From Bdellovibrionales bacterium (GTDB taxonomy: Bacteria; Bdellovibrionota; UBA1018; CAIMNF01), in contig CANNBJ010000005.1 in assembly GCA_947502835.1 (NCBI GenBank), forward strand, positions 40,429 to 104,428: 64,000 nt of DNA. The letters are read 5' to 3'. Positions 10,922-21,005 of this stretch are shown piece by piece. Position numbers and translations under genes: made by a program. Numbering within the stretch: the stretch's first letter is position 1; the number at the start of each line of letters is the position of its first letter. Under the pieces are notes generated by a model. The model had not been told where the DNA came from, did no database searches, and saw nothing but the letters and a program-made list of their open reading frames with translations.

Positions 10922-11087
10922 AACTCCTCCTTGGGGCCTTGCGCGCTCTGTTCAGGATTTGGGCGCCTGTCTAGAAAATTTACAGGGCTCGGGTCTCAGG
11001 AGAGCGGCGGGAGCCAATATAAATACCATACGCAAGCAGTCAACAATGGCATGAATTGTGCTCAGTGCGGTGCAGGAGATCGTGAAT

Positions 11088-11654
11088 ATGAAGTTTTTTA
11101 AGCCGGTCGTGTTGATGGCGCTTTTGACCTCGATGGTGGGCTGTGGAACCAGCCAGGCCCCGGCGATCAATCTTGGCTCCGGGCAATACCCATACACAAA
11201 CAATCAGTGGAACAATTGGCCGAATGGCACCCAAACCGGTGGTTGGACCTATGGAATCCCGGGCGGTGGAACCAAGCAAATCATCCCTGTGATCTCTTAT
11301 TACGGGTCCGCAAATTCGAGCAGGCAGTTCATGGTTTCTCCTTCAGTGCAGCCACTGGATCAGGTGGAAGTCCAGGCATCAGGCGGTCAAGTGTATGCAC
11401 AAGGGCTTTTCAGTTCGACAAATATGATTTGGGTAACACAATTGAAAGTGAGTCTGAATGGATCGATGCTGGGTGCTTCCACTTACGCGAAGTACAACAT
11501 CACCCAAGCGGGCACTCTTGCGCTTTCTTTCGAAGGAAACGGACTTTCGGGTCTCTTCGGAAACAATGCCCAATATACGGTTCAATTCCCCTACGGTGGC
11601 GTGTGGATCAATCGCTGTCAGGACCAGAGCGGTCAAAGCATCCAGTGTCCGTAA
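11088..11654 (+). CDS. Hypothetical lipoprotein
   Basis: MKFFKPVVLMALLTSMVGC lipoprotein signal. G/N/Q/Y-rich mature protein. Confidence 0.55.
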   Translation: MKFFKPVVLMALLTSMVGCGTSQAPAINLGSGQYPYTNNQWNNWPNGTQTGGWTYGIPGGGTKQIIPVISYYGSANSSRQFMVSPSVQPLDQVEVQASGGQVYAQGLFSSTNMIWVTQLKVSLNGSMLGASTYAKYNITQAGTLALSFEGNGLSGLFGNNAQYTVQFPYGGVWINRCQDQSGQSIQCP

Positions 11655-11657
11655 TTC

Positions 11658-12275
11658 TCAAGTCAATCGCGGAGTACTTGAAGTAAAATCGGCACTTTTC
11701 CTTGCCAAAGCCATCACCGCTTCGATGATGGGATGAGTTGCAGGCATCGCAAGTTTCTTCATCCGCAACTCGAGGTATTCCACCGCAACGGCCAGGTCCC
11801 ATCCGGCTTGGGTGAGGTTTCCCTCCAGAATCCAAGTCTCCCTCGGCAACAGGAGAATTCTCTCCTTTGCACGCAAAATCGTGTCGTGATGATCCTGCAT
11901 CCAAAACGGGGAAGGGGCATCGTGCATCGAACTCTCCTGAAAAAATGCAACCGTTCCTTGGATCATTCCCGTGACCAAGGTCGATGCGGATCGGATGTGG
12001 ACCCGAAGGCTTCGGTCTTTGGGCCAAATGGCGCCCGTCAGATCATCAAGGTGTTCGAGGATTGCACTCGAATCAAACAGACCAAATCCCTCTGGAGTCC
12101 GGAGTGCGGGCACCATGCCGAGCGGGTTCAGGGCCAAAAGTTCCGGGTGATCGCCGAAAACATCGATGATCCGCTCCTCGACCGGCAACTGAAGGCGTTT
12201 CAGGGCGAGTCTGACCCGTCTGGCAAAGGGGGAGCGTTGACTCAAAAATAAACGATAAGTGTTGGGGTTGCTCAT
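11658..12275 (-). CDS. Glutathione S-transferase family protein
   Basis: N-terminal thioredoxin-like GST fold (RVRLALKRLQLPVEE…NPLGMVPAL) and C-terminal helical domain. Confidence 0.7.
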   Translation of the reverse strand: MSNPNTYRLFLSQRSPFARRVRLALKRLQLPVEERIIDVFGDHPELLALNPLGMVPALRTPEGFGLFDSSAILEHLDDLTGAIWPKDRSLRVHIRSASTLVTGMIQGTVAFFQESSMHDAPSPFWMQDHHDTILRAKERILLLPRETWILEGNLTQAGWDLAVAVEYLELRMKKLAMPATHPIIEAVMALARKSADFTSSTPRLT

Positions 12276-12303
12276 GGCGAGTTATGCTATCATCGCCCCC
12301 ATC

Positions 12304-13401
12304 ATGCTCAATCCAAAACGCATCCTCGTGACGAAATTCCGGGCCATGGGGGACACGATTCTCCTGACGGCCGCACTGAAGGAGCTGCATCGCAATTTTC
12401 CGAATGCACAGATTCATGTGGCGGTTCCCGACCCTTGGATTTGGCTCCTGGAAGGATTTCCGGGAGTGACCAAGCTCCTTCCGATCACCTGGCACCACGA
12501 TCGAGCTGCGAGAACCAAGGCCGCGACACGGCTCGCGTTCCAGCTTCGCAAGGAATCCTACGATATCGTGTGCGGCTTCCATTCCTCGCCGGCAGCCGCC
12601 ATGGTTGCCCTTTCAACGGGCGCGAAGGTCCGGGCAATCCATTTCCACAGCTTCAAGGCAAAAAACATGTATTCGACGGTGGAGATCCCGGGTAAGGGAA
12701 CCATGAAGCCCGTAGTCCAGCGGGATCTTGATACGATCCGGGGTCTTGGCATTCAGGTGGATGAAACCGTTCTCCCCGAAATCTTTCTGAAGCCCGAGGA
12801 AAAGTCTCTTGCTCGCGAAGAATTCAAGGCTTGGGGCATGAATCGTCCGGTGCTCGGCATGGCGCTTGGCGCGTCCCGTGCCACCAAGATTTGGCCATTG
12901 CATCGCTTTGCAGAGGTTGCCCAGAAGTGGGTGAAGGAAAAGAGCGGCTCGGTTCTTGTGATCGCAGGCCCGGGCGAAGAAAAACTCACTGAGGAATTCT
13001 TCAAATCGATTCCGAACTCAACCGAACTGCGGACAGCAATCCAGGTCATGCCCTCCTGCAATGTGCGCGTTCTTGCCTCGAGAATCTCGCAGTTGAATGC
13101 GCTGGTCGGCAATGACTCGGGTCCGCGCCATTTGGCAACCGCGCTCGGAGTTCCCACGGTGACCTTGTTTGGTCCCGAGCATCCCCTTGAGTGGCATCCG
13201 TATCCGCAAGACCGGCACCCGAGGCTCTTCATCGAGCCGCTTGCCTGCCGAAAAAACGACGAGCCCGGCTCGCCGCCCTGGTGCGGTCTTCAGGAGTGCA
13301 TCGTCGAAGCCCATCAGTGCATGACCCGGATCGGAGTCGATCAGGTGGTCGAAACCGTGAGCCGTGTGTTTGATTCCTATGGAAAAGATCTCGGGATTTA
13401 G
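12304..13401 (+). CDS. GT9 family LPS heptosyltransferase (WaaC/WaaF-like)
   Basis: KRILVTKFRAMGDTILLTAALKELH N-terminus and NDSGPRHLATALGVPTVTLFG C-terminal motif, both typical of GT9. ATG at 12304 chosen to avoid the GST overlap. Confidence 0.8.
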   Translation: MLNPKRILVTKFRAMGDTILLTAALKELHRNFPNAQIHVAVPDPWIWLLEGFPGVTKLLPITWHHDRAARTKAATRLAFQLRKESYDIVCGFHSSPAAAMVALSTGAKVRAIHFHSFKAKNMYSTVEIPGKGTMKPVVQRDLDTIRGLGIQVDETVLPEIFLKPEEKSLAREEFKAWGMNRPVLGMALGASRATKIWPLHRFAEVAQKWVKEKSGSVLVIAGPGEEKLTEEFFKSIPNSTELRTAIQVMPSCNVRVLASRISQLNALVGNDSGPRHLATALGVPTVTLFGPEHPLEWHPYPQDRHPRLFIEPLACRKNDEPGSPPWCGLQECIVEAHQCMTRIGVDQVVETVSRVFDSYGKDLGI

Positions 13402-14317
13402 CCTCGTTCGAAACGGGGTGAAGTTCGATTACCCCTTTTTGGAGTCTCTTCGTTCGCTGCTTCCCCTGGTGGATGAGCTTGTGCTCAATGTCGGGGTCGG
13501 GGAGGACGATACCCTTTTGCGATGTCAGGAGCTGGCGCGCACCGAGGGGCAGGGCAAGATCAAGATTTTCGAGAGCGTCTGGCCGCTCAATGATCCTGAA
13601 AAGAAAAAAGCCGGCATTATTCTATCAGAACAAACCAATCTTGCCCTGGATCAGTGCGAGAATGATTGGTGCTTTTATCTTCAAGCGGACGAAGTGCTGC
13701 ATGAAGAGGATCAGTCCGTGATTCGACGTTCGGTGGATCTTGCGCACGCACTCGGACTGGAAGCCGTGGTCTTCCACTATCGCCATTTTTACGGGTCCTT
13801 CAATGTGATCCAGGATTCACGCTCGGCCTACCGGCGCGAAATGCGCATCCTGCGGAAATCATCGGGCGCCCGGAGTGTCGGCGATGCCCAGAGTTTTCGC
13901 AAACCCGAGAGCACTCCTGGAGGCGACACCAAACTTCAAGCGCTGCTTTCGCCGGCACGAATCTTTCATTATGGATGGGTGCGCACGCCCGAGGCGATGC
14001 TTGAGAAAACCCTTTTCATGGATGGCCTCTATCACGGGGGTGTCGACTCCGCCCCCGGAAAGGGAGCAACCAAGCCCCATACCGGCGACAATTATCGCTA
14101 CAAGCGATTTTGGGGATTGTACCCGTATTCAGAAACACATCCGAAGGTAATGGCCACCCGGATCCGTGAAAAGGGCTGGAACTGGGACCTGCGCGCATCA
14201 CCCTTTGTGTTTACCGCAAAAGACATCGGCAAGGTCCTGCTGGATGGAGTTGAGCGTGTGACCGGGATTCGTCCCTTTGAATTCAAGAATTATCGAATCA
14301 AAGAGAGATTGGATTAG
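13379..14317 (+). CDS. Glycosyltransferase-like protein (GT2-like, LPS-core cluster)
   Basis: ISGFSLVRNG…YPFLESLRSL N-terminus resembling family-2 glycosyltransferase-like proteins. Operonic with the heptosyltransferase. Confidence 0.45.
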   Translation: MEKISGFSLVRNGVKFDYPFLESLRSLLPLVDELVLNVGVGEDDTLLRCQELARTEGQGKIKIFESVWPLNDPEKKKAGIILSEQTNLALDQCENDWCFYLQADEVLHEEDQSVIRRSVDLAHALGLEAVVFHYRHFYGSFNVIQDSRSAYRREMRILRKSSGARSVGDAQSFRKPESTPGGDTKLQALLSPARIFHYGWVRTPEAMLEKTLFMDGLYHGGVDSAPGKGATKPHTGDNYRYKRFWGLYPYSETHPKVMATRIREKGWNWDLRASPFVFTAKDIGKVLLDGVERVTGIRPFEFKNYRIKERLD

Positions 14318-14349
14318 GGCGGGAATCTGTCTATGATCCCAACAGAACC

Positions 14350-15090
14350 ATGATCGCATCCGGAAACCGCCCCTTCAGAATCCTGCTCCTCGACAACACC
14401 CGCGAGCCTTCCTCGTTTGGAAGTCCCAACCTTTTCCGGCTTGCTCTGAGCACCGCACCTGCGGGCGCGGAGATTCTGGTCCGCAGGGGGCCGGACCTTG
14501 ATTTCCTGACTTGCCCGGATCCGGATGCCCTGATCGTATCGGGTTCGATCACTTCGTGCTTGCCTCCCTATGAGGAGTGGGTTCTTGCGCAGGATGAATT
14601 TCTGAAACGGCACATGGAGAGGCGCACACCCGTTCTTGGAGTGTGTTTCGGGCATCAGGCGCTTGCGCGGTGCCTGTTTTCGAAGGAGGGCAAGTCTCCC
14701 GCCCTTGCAAAATCCAAGAGGGCCGAGGTCGGGTGGCAGACGATGAGGATTCTCGGCGAATCACCGATCTTTTCGGGACTCGGCAGGGAATTTGTGAGTT
14801 ATCAATCGCACTACGAGGAGGTAACAACTCTACCTCCGGGAACCGTTCATCTGGCGGAGTCGGATCGGTGTTCCCTCCAGGCGTTTCAGGTGAAGGGCGC
14901 GCCCGTGTTCGGAATCCAGTTCCATCCCGAGCACACGCTCGAATACGGCGAGGCCGCCCTCAAGCGAAAGATCGAGAAGGGCGAACGGGGAGATTGGATC
15001 CTGAATCCGGGTCTCGGCGCCAAACTATATCAAGAACAAACGGGAAAACTCATCTTTGGAAACTTTTTCAAAATCGCACAACAGCGCTGA
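14350..15090 (+). CDS. Class I glutamine amidotransferase-like protein
   Basis: GVCFGHQALA Cys-His GATase1 signature. GIQFHPEHT. Confidence 0.7.
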   Translation: MIASGNRPFRILLLDNTREPSSFGSPNLFRLALSTAPAGAEILVRRGPDLDFLTCPDPDALIVSGSITSCLPPYEEWVLAQDEFLKRHMERRTPVLGVCFGHQALARCLFSKEGKSPALAKSKRAEVGWQTMRILGESPIFSGLGREFVSYQSHYEEVTTLPPGTVHLAESDRCSLQAFQVKGAPVFGIQFHPEHTLEYGEAALKRKIEKGERGDWILNPGLGAKLYQEQTGKLIFGNFFKIAQQR

Positions 15091-16099
15091 ATCCGAAACC
15101 ACAGCATCGACGGCGAATCCGCCGGCCGTCAGCCCGAAAGAGCGTGTGAAGCTTTTTTTGAAATTCGCACTCGTGGCGGCCGTGTTTTTTTACCTGGGTC
15201 AGCGTGGATTCATTACAGCCGAGAGCTTTCGCAAGCTCGCCGCTTCTCCGAAGACCTGGATCTTGTGCACTCTCCTTACGGTACTCAACACGGTGCTGGG
15301 AGCCCTTCGATGGCAGGTGTTGCTCCGGACGCAGGAAGTGGTGCTTTCGTTTCGCGAAGTTCTGCGGCTGAATCTGGTAGGTGCGTTTTTCAACATTGCC
15401 CTTCCGGGCGCTGTGAGCGGGGATTTCGTGAAAGCGGTGATCGTGACCCGGAAGTTCAGGGACAAGCGAGCGCTCATTTTCGGAAGCATGATTTTCGACC
15501 GCATTCTTGGTGTTTCAGCTATGGTGTTTGTGGGCGCGTTCTCGGCCCTCCTTTCGGTGCTCGTACCCTGGGGGGGAGCGTTGCCGCAGGTTCTTCTTTT
15601 CTCCATCGGTGCTGTGGGTGCGGGTGCCGCATTCTTCTTTGTGTACCTGTTTTTGTCCCGCAAACGGGATCCGCTTCTTGCACTCCTGCGGATCTTCACC
15701 CGACGTTCCGAGAAACTTGGATCGCTTGAGCGTCTTTATCAAGGCGTGATGGGGTATCGTGTTCATCCGAAGCGAATCCTGAAAGCGATCGCTCTCTCGA
15801 TTGCAATCCATCTTTTTCTCATCCTGCTTTCCTTTTTCATCACCGAGGCGATTTCAAGCGAGTCTCTCTCGGTATTTGCGGTTGCCGTGGTGGTGCCGAT
15901 CGGAATGCTTGCGACCACCATTCCCGTGCTGCCGGCGGGTGTGGGAACAGGGCATGCTGCATTTCTTGGACTGTTTCATCTGGTGGGGTCCTCTCAGGGC
16001 GCTGAGGTGTTCAGCATGATCGTCCTGTATCAGGTGCTGCTCGGGGTGGTCGGCGGGATTGTGTATCTGAGAATGCTTGCGCAGGGACACTCGCGCTGA
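15056..16099 (+). CDS. MprF/LPG-synthase TM-domain (flippase-like, UPF0104) membrane protein
   Basis: Polytopic. LRWQVLLRTQ…FFNIALPGAVSGDFVKAVIV motif of PF03706. TTG start at 15056; alternative GTG at ~15144. Confidence 0.6.
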   Translation: METFSKSHNSAESETTASTANPPAVSPKERVKLFLKFALVAAVFFYLGQRGFITAESFRKLAASPKTWILCTLLTVLNTVLGALRWQVLLRTQEVVLSFREVLRLNLVGAFFNIALPGAVSGDFVKAVIVTRKFRDKRALIFGSMIFDRILGVSAMVFVGAFSALLSVLVPWGGALPQVLLFSIGAVGAGAAFFFVYLFLSRKRDPLLALLRIFTRRSEKLGSLERLYQGVMGYRVHPKRILKAIALSIAIHLFLILLSFFITEAISSESLSVFAVAVVVPIGMLATTIPVLPAGVGTGHAAFLGLFHLVGSSQGAEVFSMIVLYQVLLGVVGGIVYLRMLAQGHSR

Positions 16100-16128
16100 G
16101 GGCAGTGAGTGGAACTTGGGCCTGAAAC

Positions 16129-17238
16129 TTGCGTTCACATGTGTTCGTGCACGCATTGAAACCCTTCCAGCAAGAGGCGCTCGATTCCCTACTTCGCTTC
16201 GATCACACGCTCTTGATCGCACCGACCGGGAGCGGAAAGAGTCTTGTGTTTCAACAATTCATGGCAAAGGAGCGGCCAAAAACAAGGGCTGTTTTCATCT
16301 CTCCCCTGAACGCGCTTGCCCGCCAACAGGCAGAGAGGTTCCGGGCGTTCGGAGTTTCGGCGAGTGTGGGGTGCGGTCTCGGGGGCTTGGGTCCGCCTTC
16401 CGGTCCCGGGGTCTGGATCCTGAACCCCGAGCGGCTTTCCGGACGGTTCCTTTCGGTTCTGCGCGAGTGGGGTCCGGACCTGTTGATCGTAGATGAAGCC
16501 CACTGCATCTGGGAATGGGGAGAGTCGTTCCGTCCAGCGTTTCGAAGGGTTCCGGAACTGCTGGCAGGAGGTTCCATTCGAAAATCCTTCTGGTGCACGG
16601 CCACCTTGCCCGGACCGGCGCTGCGAGAACTCCGCGAGAGGCTCGGGCCTGCGCTTCGAGCGCTTGGTTCCTTCGGGCTCCCTGGAACTCTGCAGCTCAG
16701 CGTGGTCCGTTCGCCCTTGTTTGAACGACTCGATCTTTTGCAGCGGCTCCTTGCCGAACATGCGAACGAATCGGGGATGATTTTTGTCAACACGCGGGCC
16801 TCGGCCGAACGGGTGCAGCGGATCCTGCGCTTTTTTGGCGTACACTCGCTTTTTTATCATGCGGGAATGAGCGTGGAGGAGCGCCTAGGACTTGAGAGCA
16901 TTCTGTCGCGGAAAAAACCCGATGACCCTCCCCTCTGGATCGTGGCCACGTCGGCCTTCGGGATGGGGATGGATTATGCCTGGCTCAGGGTGTGCATCCT
17001 GTTTGAGCCATCCTTGAGCTTGCTTTCGCTTGCCCAGGCTTTGGGCAGGGTTGGGCGCGGCGGACTTTCCTCCCGGGCCCATGTGCTGTGGCACGAGGAT
17101 GATTTTTTGCGACAAGGGTGGTTTGCCGGAAGCTGTCCTCGAAATCGAAGCCGTTTACTTGAGGTGAAGCAATGGCTTGAATCCCCGGGAGATCCCCGCT
17201 TCCGGCTCGAAAAATACTTCAAGGAAGGGTATGACTAG
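16129..17238 (+). CDS. Short RecQ-family ATP-dependent DNA helicase
   Basis: Walker A IAPTGSGKSL. DEAH box LLIVDEAHCIWEWGESFRPAF. Helicase C motifs. Only 369 aa, with no HRDC/RQC. Confidence 0.7.
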   Translation: MRSHVFVHALKPFQQEALDSLLRFDHTLLIAPTGSGKSLVFQQFMAKERPKTRAVFISPLNALARQQAERFRAFGVSASVGCGLGGLGPPSGPGVWILNPERLSGRFLSVLREWGPDLLIVDEAHCIWEWGESFRPAFRRVPELLAGGSIRKSFWCTATLPGPALRELRERLGPALRALGSFGLPGTLQLSVVRSPLFERLDLLQRLLAEHANESGMIFVNTRASAERVQRILRFFGVHSLFYHAGMSVEERLGLESILSRKKPDDPPLWIVATSAFGMGMDYAWLRVCILFEPSLSLLSLAQALGRVGRGGLSSRAHVLWHEDDFLRQGWFAGSCPRNRSRLLEVKQWLESPGDPRFRLEKYFKEGYD

Positions 17239-17244
17239 GGCTTC

Positions 17245-18201
17245 ATGAGCATTCCGAGTGATCCGAAACTTCTATTGAACGAAGCCCGAGCCGGCAACCG
17301 CGCGGCCCTTGCGCGTCTCATTTCCCGGATCGAAACCCGGAACGAGGATACCAAACGGATCATCGAGCTGCTGTATCCTCTCACGGGCAGGGCTCAGGTT
17401 TGGGGAATCACGGGTCCCCCGGGGGCAGGGAAGTCCACCCTGGTTGACCGCCTCATTGCAAAACTCCGGAGTGAGGGAAAAAAGGTCGCGGTCATCGCCG
17501 TGGATCCTTCAAGTCCGTTTTCGGGGGGCGCCATCCTGGGCGATCGGATCCGGATGCAACAGCACTTCCAGGATGAGGGTGTGTACATCCGGAGTCTTGG
17601 CACTCGCGGACGGCACGGAGGTCTTTCGCACTCGACGAAAGAGGCGGTGCTTGCGCTCGATGCAACGGGGTTTGATGTGGTGCTCGTCGAGACCGCAGGT
17701 GTGGGGCAAACCGAACTTGATATCTTGAAACTCGCCCAGACCGTCATTGTGGTGCTCGTGCCCGAGAGCGGAGACTCGATCCAGGTGATGAAGGCCGGTC
17801 TCATGGAGATCTCGGATGTTTTCGCAGTGAACAAATCCGATCGTCCCGAGGCGGACAAACTTGTTCGCGAGCTTGTGGCCAACGTCGGACTCAATCCCCA
17901 TGACGAGCACTCCTGGATGATCCCCGTGTGCAAGACCGAGGCAAACCGGGATGTCGGGGTCGCGGAACTTTTGGAGCAGATCGCAAAGCACCAGGCCTAT
18001 CTCGAAACCTCAGGCAAGAAGGCAGAGAAAACCAAAGCGTTCCTGCGAGAAGAGCTCGTGGACATCCTGATCGAGGGGCTCAAGTCCTCGCTTGATTCCG
18101 TGCTCGCCACCGATGGAGGCCGAGAGCTTCTTGATCAACTCTATCGAAAAGAGATCGCGCCCTATGAAGCGGCGAAGATTCTTTCAGGGAGAGCGGGGTA
18201 G
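17245..18201 (+). CDS. meaB: MeaB/ArgK G3E-family GTPase (methylmalonyl-CoA mutase accessory)
   Basis: GITGPPGAGKST Walker A. VETAGVGQ and NKSD G-motifs. Confidence 0.85.
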   Translation: MSIPSDPKLLLNEARAGNRAALARLISRIETRNEDTKRIIELLYPLTGRAQVWGITGPPGAGKSTLVDRLIAKLRSEGKKVAVIAVDPSSPFSGGAILGDRIRMQQHFQDEGVYIRSLGTRGRHGGLSHSTKEAVLALDATGFDVVLVETAGVGQTELDILKLAQTVIVVLVPESGDSIQVMKAGLMEISDVFAVNKSDRPEADKLVRELVANVGLNPHDEHSWMIPVCKTEANRDVGVAELLEQIAKHQAYLETSGKKAEKTKAFLREELVDILIEGLKSSLDSVLATDGGRELLDQLYRKEIAPYEAAKILSGRAG

Positions 18202-18255
18202 GCTTCCACTGGAATTTCCTCTGGTCCTCCTGCACCCGGGGTGTTCGGAACCTCT

Positions 18256-20223
18256 TTACTGAAATTGGTATGGACCACCGTACTCCGTGTGTTCGCTGCA
18301 CTGGATTCTCAGGTACACGGTCTCAATGATATTGGAGTTGGATCGAGAGAGCTGGAAGGAGGCTTCGCCATTCGGAGGGATCGTGAAATCCGCCCCATAC
18401 TCATGAGATAGAGAAATGGACTCCGGAGAGTTGAAGCAACCTTGCAACGAGCAGGATTCCCAAATCGAGGCATTGCATCCGGTTGCTCCGGTGTTTCCGA
18501 GATTCTTCACGATCACGGTTCTTGAGAGCGAAACATACGTGGTCAAGAGGGGTGGATCAAACGTAAAATTCACAAATGCCCCCGGAGCCACAGTGAAGGC
18601 TTGGGTGGCGACCCAGTTTGAATTTTGACAATTCGCTTTGAGTTTGAATTTTCGAAGAATGGTACTCCACGAGATGGAAACGGTACGCGTGACAGTGGTT
18701 CCAACGGGGAGATTGAAGGATTGCCCGGAGGTTGTGATTCCAAGTGTTGAGGGGTAGGGAGTTTCGTTGGCATTGTCCTCGACTAGATAGGACGAACAGT
18801 TGATTCCTTCAGTTGTGCCGTTGTTTTTCAGTGTCACCTCGACCGTTTGCGGACTGTGCGCCTGAAGAAAGGCCTCCACACTGAAATCGCTGTAATTTGA
18901 AGGGGCCACGCTGAGGATTTCTAGATACGGGGACGGCGTGCCCGGCGGAATGGTAAAAATTCCTGAATATGCAGTGATGTTGGCACATGATGCTTTGACC
19001 TTGAATTTCCGTTGGACCGGGCTCCACCCCACGCCAACGGAAACACCGGATGATTGCCCGGCGTTGAGGGTGGGAATCTGGGGGGCTACCACGACAATTC
19101 CCGAGGGGGCGGGAGTGGCATTGTTTTGGTCAACGAGACTGAAGGAGCAAGCGATTGCAGGAATCGAGGAGATGTTGGAGATAAAGCCGCTGAGGGTCTG
19201 GCCTTGAGCTGCCGTGATCGGATCGGGCGAGGAATCGGGAAAGGAAAAAGAAAGATCGGGCGTGCCTAGGCCTGCCTGAATGGTAAAGACGTCAGAGAGG
19301 AAATCCGAATTGGAAGAGCTGCAGAGAACCCTGATTCTTGCTTGCCGAATGCTTTGGGACCAGTTTGCCAGAATGCCGAGGGTCCGCGTACCCGTGAGGG
19401 CGTTCAGGGAGAAGTTTCCACCACCTGAAAGGGAGAGGCCGGAGTTTGCGAGAAGATTCGGATCGGATGGATTTACAAGCTGGGCCGAGCAACCGCTTGC
19501 CGGTGCGCTTCCGGAGTTTTTCAGGATTACCGAGTGTTGATTTGTGGAGATCTCCTCCGCTGTCATCGCGGGAATCGAGTAAGCTGTTGAAGAATCAAGC
19601 GACAGAATCGGATTCACGGGAGGGGCTGAGGCGCCGAAAGTTGCGGAAATGGTTCCTCCGGCCAGGTTCACGGATTGAGCGCATTCGACCTTCAATGTGC
19701 CGGTTTTGAGTCCGCCGTTTTGCTGAAAGTTCACATTCACCACCACAGGAATGATCGCAAGGGGAGCAATGATCGCGGGCTGATTCGAAGCGAGACTGAA
19801 ACTCGGTGCACCGGATTCCAAGGAGGCCACGCATCCGGTCGCGGCTTGGGTTCCGATATTTTTCACGTAGAAGGTGCGAGTGGTGGCGGAGGTGATCGTT
19901 CCTGCGTCGATGGCGCTCGTCAGGAACTGAAGCGAAGCAGGAGTGTTCTGCACGACGGTTGAGGTGCTTGGGCTGAAAAAACAGGTTTTCGCTTCAGTTC
20001 CGATCAGGATGACCTGGTTGGTGCAGTCGCTTGCGCCGGTGGAGTTCGCACACTCGCCAAAGGTTCCGAAAAAGGCGAGGTTTCCTGAAGAGGCGCTTGC
20101 GCAGGAGGCGGACTGGGTTTTTGAGGATTTCGGAATGCAGGATCCGGACGCGAGCGCGCACGCTATGACCAGAACGGCTCTTTTCAAGGCGATTCCCATG
20201 AGTTCTCGATCCCCCAGATTCAA
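18256..20223 (-). CDS. Secreted/lipidated repeat protein with ≥5 tandem choice-of-anchor-D (ASH/HYDIN-like) Ig-like domains
   Basis: Signal peptide MGIALKRAVLVIACALASGSC. Repeated ~100-aa units with VxLKNxGxxxxxGC…K[FL]K[LV]KAxC pattern. S/T/N-rich. Confidence 0.65.
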   Translation of the reverse strand: MNLGDRELMGIALKRAVLVIACALASGSCIPKSSKTQSASCASASSGNLAFFGTFGECANSTGASDCTNQVILIGTEAKTCFFSPSTSTVVQNTPASLQFLTSAIDAGTITSATTRTFYVKNIGTQAATGCVASLESGAPSFSLASNQPAIIAPLAIIPVVVNVNFQQNGGLKTGTLKVECAQSVNLAGGTISATFGASAPPVNPILSLDSSTAYSIPAMTAEEISTNQHSVILKNSGSAPASGCSAQLVNPSDPNLLANSGLSLSGGGNFSLNALTGTRTLGILANWSQSIRQARIRVLCSSSNSDFLSDVFTIQAGLGTPDLSFSFPDSSPDPITAAQGQTLSGFISNISSIPAIACSFSLVDQNNATPAPSGIVVVAPQIPTLNAGQSSGVSVGVGWSPVQRKFKVKASCANITAYSGIFTIPPGTPSPYLEILSVAPSNYSDFSVEAFLQAHSPQTVEVTLKNNGTTEGINCSSYLVEDNANETPYPSTLGITTSGQSFNLPVGTTVTRTVSISWSTILRKFKLKANCQNSNWVATQAFTVAPGAFVNFTFDPPLLTTYVSLSRTVIVKNLGNTGATGCNASIWESCSLQGCFNSPESISLSHEYGADFTIPPNGEASFQLSRSNSNIIETVYLRIQCSEHTEYGGPYQFQ

Positions 20224-20459
20224 TGGTAAGGCTGTCCGGTTGGGGATGCCACCCCTATTTTTATATCAATTTAGTTTACAAAAGCCGACAAAGAACGACT
20301 CTGGCCCGGGTTCCAAAGGCTTGTCATTCCGGTTTTCCATTGACAAAAAAAGCCCCTGAGTTACAAGATACCTCGTTATTGAGAGTCTGAAGGGTTTCGC
20401 TCGGTCGGTTTTCGTCAGAAAACAGGCTCTGCTCTACTCAGATCGAAATAGGGATCTAA

Positions 20460-20535
20460 GCTGGATTAGCTCAGTTGGTAGAGCAGCTGTTTTGTAAACA
20501 GCAGGTCATCGGTTCGAGTCCGGTCTCCAGCTCCA
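20460..20535 (+). tRNA. tRNA-Thr (anticodon TGT)
   Basis: Cloverleaf read by eye. Anticodon loop TTTGTAA. 3' CCA encoded. Confidence 0.85.
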
Positions 20536-20561
20536 TTTCCTCATTTCACAGGCTCAAAGAT

Positions 20562-20647
20562 GGTGAGGTTCCGGAGCGGTCAAACGGACCAGACTGTAAA
20601 TCTGGCGGCGTCAGCCTTCGAAGGTTCGAGTCCTTCCCTCACCACCA
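20562..20647 (+). tRNA. tRNA-Tyr (anticodon GTA)
   Basis: Anticodon loop CTGTAAA. Long variable arm typical of bacterial tRNA-Tyr. Confidence 0.85.
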
Positions 20648-20696
20648 TTCCATGAAACGGATTGAACGTGCGTGGAAGGGGCATTTGAAATTTTGG

Positions 20697-20773
20697 GCGG
20701 GAGTAGCTCAATTGGCTAGAGTATCAGCCTTCCAAGCTGAGGGTTGCGGGTTCGAGACCCGTCTCCCGCTCCA
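20697..20773 (+). tRNA. tRNA-Gly (anticodon TCC)
   Basis: Anticodon loop CTTCCAA. GTTCGAGAC T-loop. Confidence 0.85.
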
Positions 20774-20813
20774 ATTTTCAAATTCTCCATTCAATAAGAC
20801 CAATCAGATCGAT

Positions 20814-20888
20814 GCTGATGTAGCTCAGGGGTAGAGTACTCCCTTGGTAAGGGAGAGGTCGTGGGTTCAAATCCCATCATCAGCTCCA
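20814..20888 (+). tRNA. tRNA-Thr (anticodon GGT)
   Basis: Anticodon loop TTGGTAA. Canonical Thr-Tyr-Gly-Thr-tuf arrangement. Confidence 0.85.
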
Positions 20889-21005
20889 CTGATTTCTCGG
20901 GCCAGGTCAAAAAAAAACTGGAATATTTCTGGTTTTTCTTGGTATGACCTAGCAAATCACCAGAAAATCAGTGAATTATTTCTTGAATCGGAAAGGGAAG
21001 ACGAC

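Noticed and set aside
13364-13378. Upstream ATG (13364) as the start of the glycosyltransferase-like gene
   Set aside because: It overlaps the heptosyltransferase 3' end by 38 bp. The ATG at 13379 (MEKISGF…) is equally valid and gives a shorter overlap, but either start is possible.
18256-20223. The 655-aa S/T/N-rich ORF as a low-complexity antisense artefact
   Set aside because: It has an N-terminal signal peptide and regularly repeated ~100-aa units with a conserved Cys pattern, so it was kept as a real repeat-domain surface protein.
20475-20834. 119-aa ORF spanning the tRNA cluster
   Set aside because: It overlaps four tRNA genes and is not coding.
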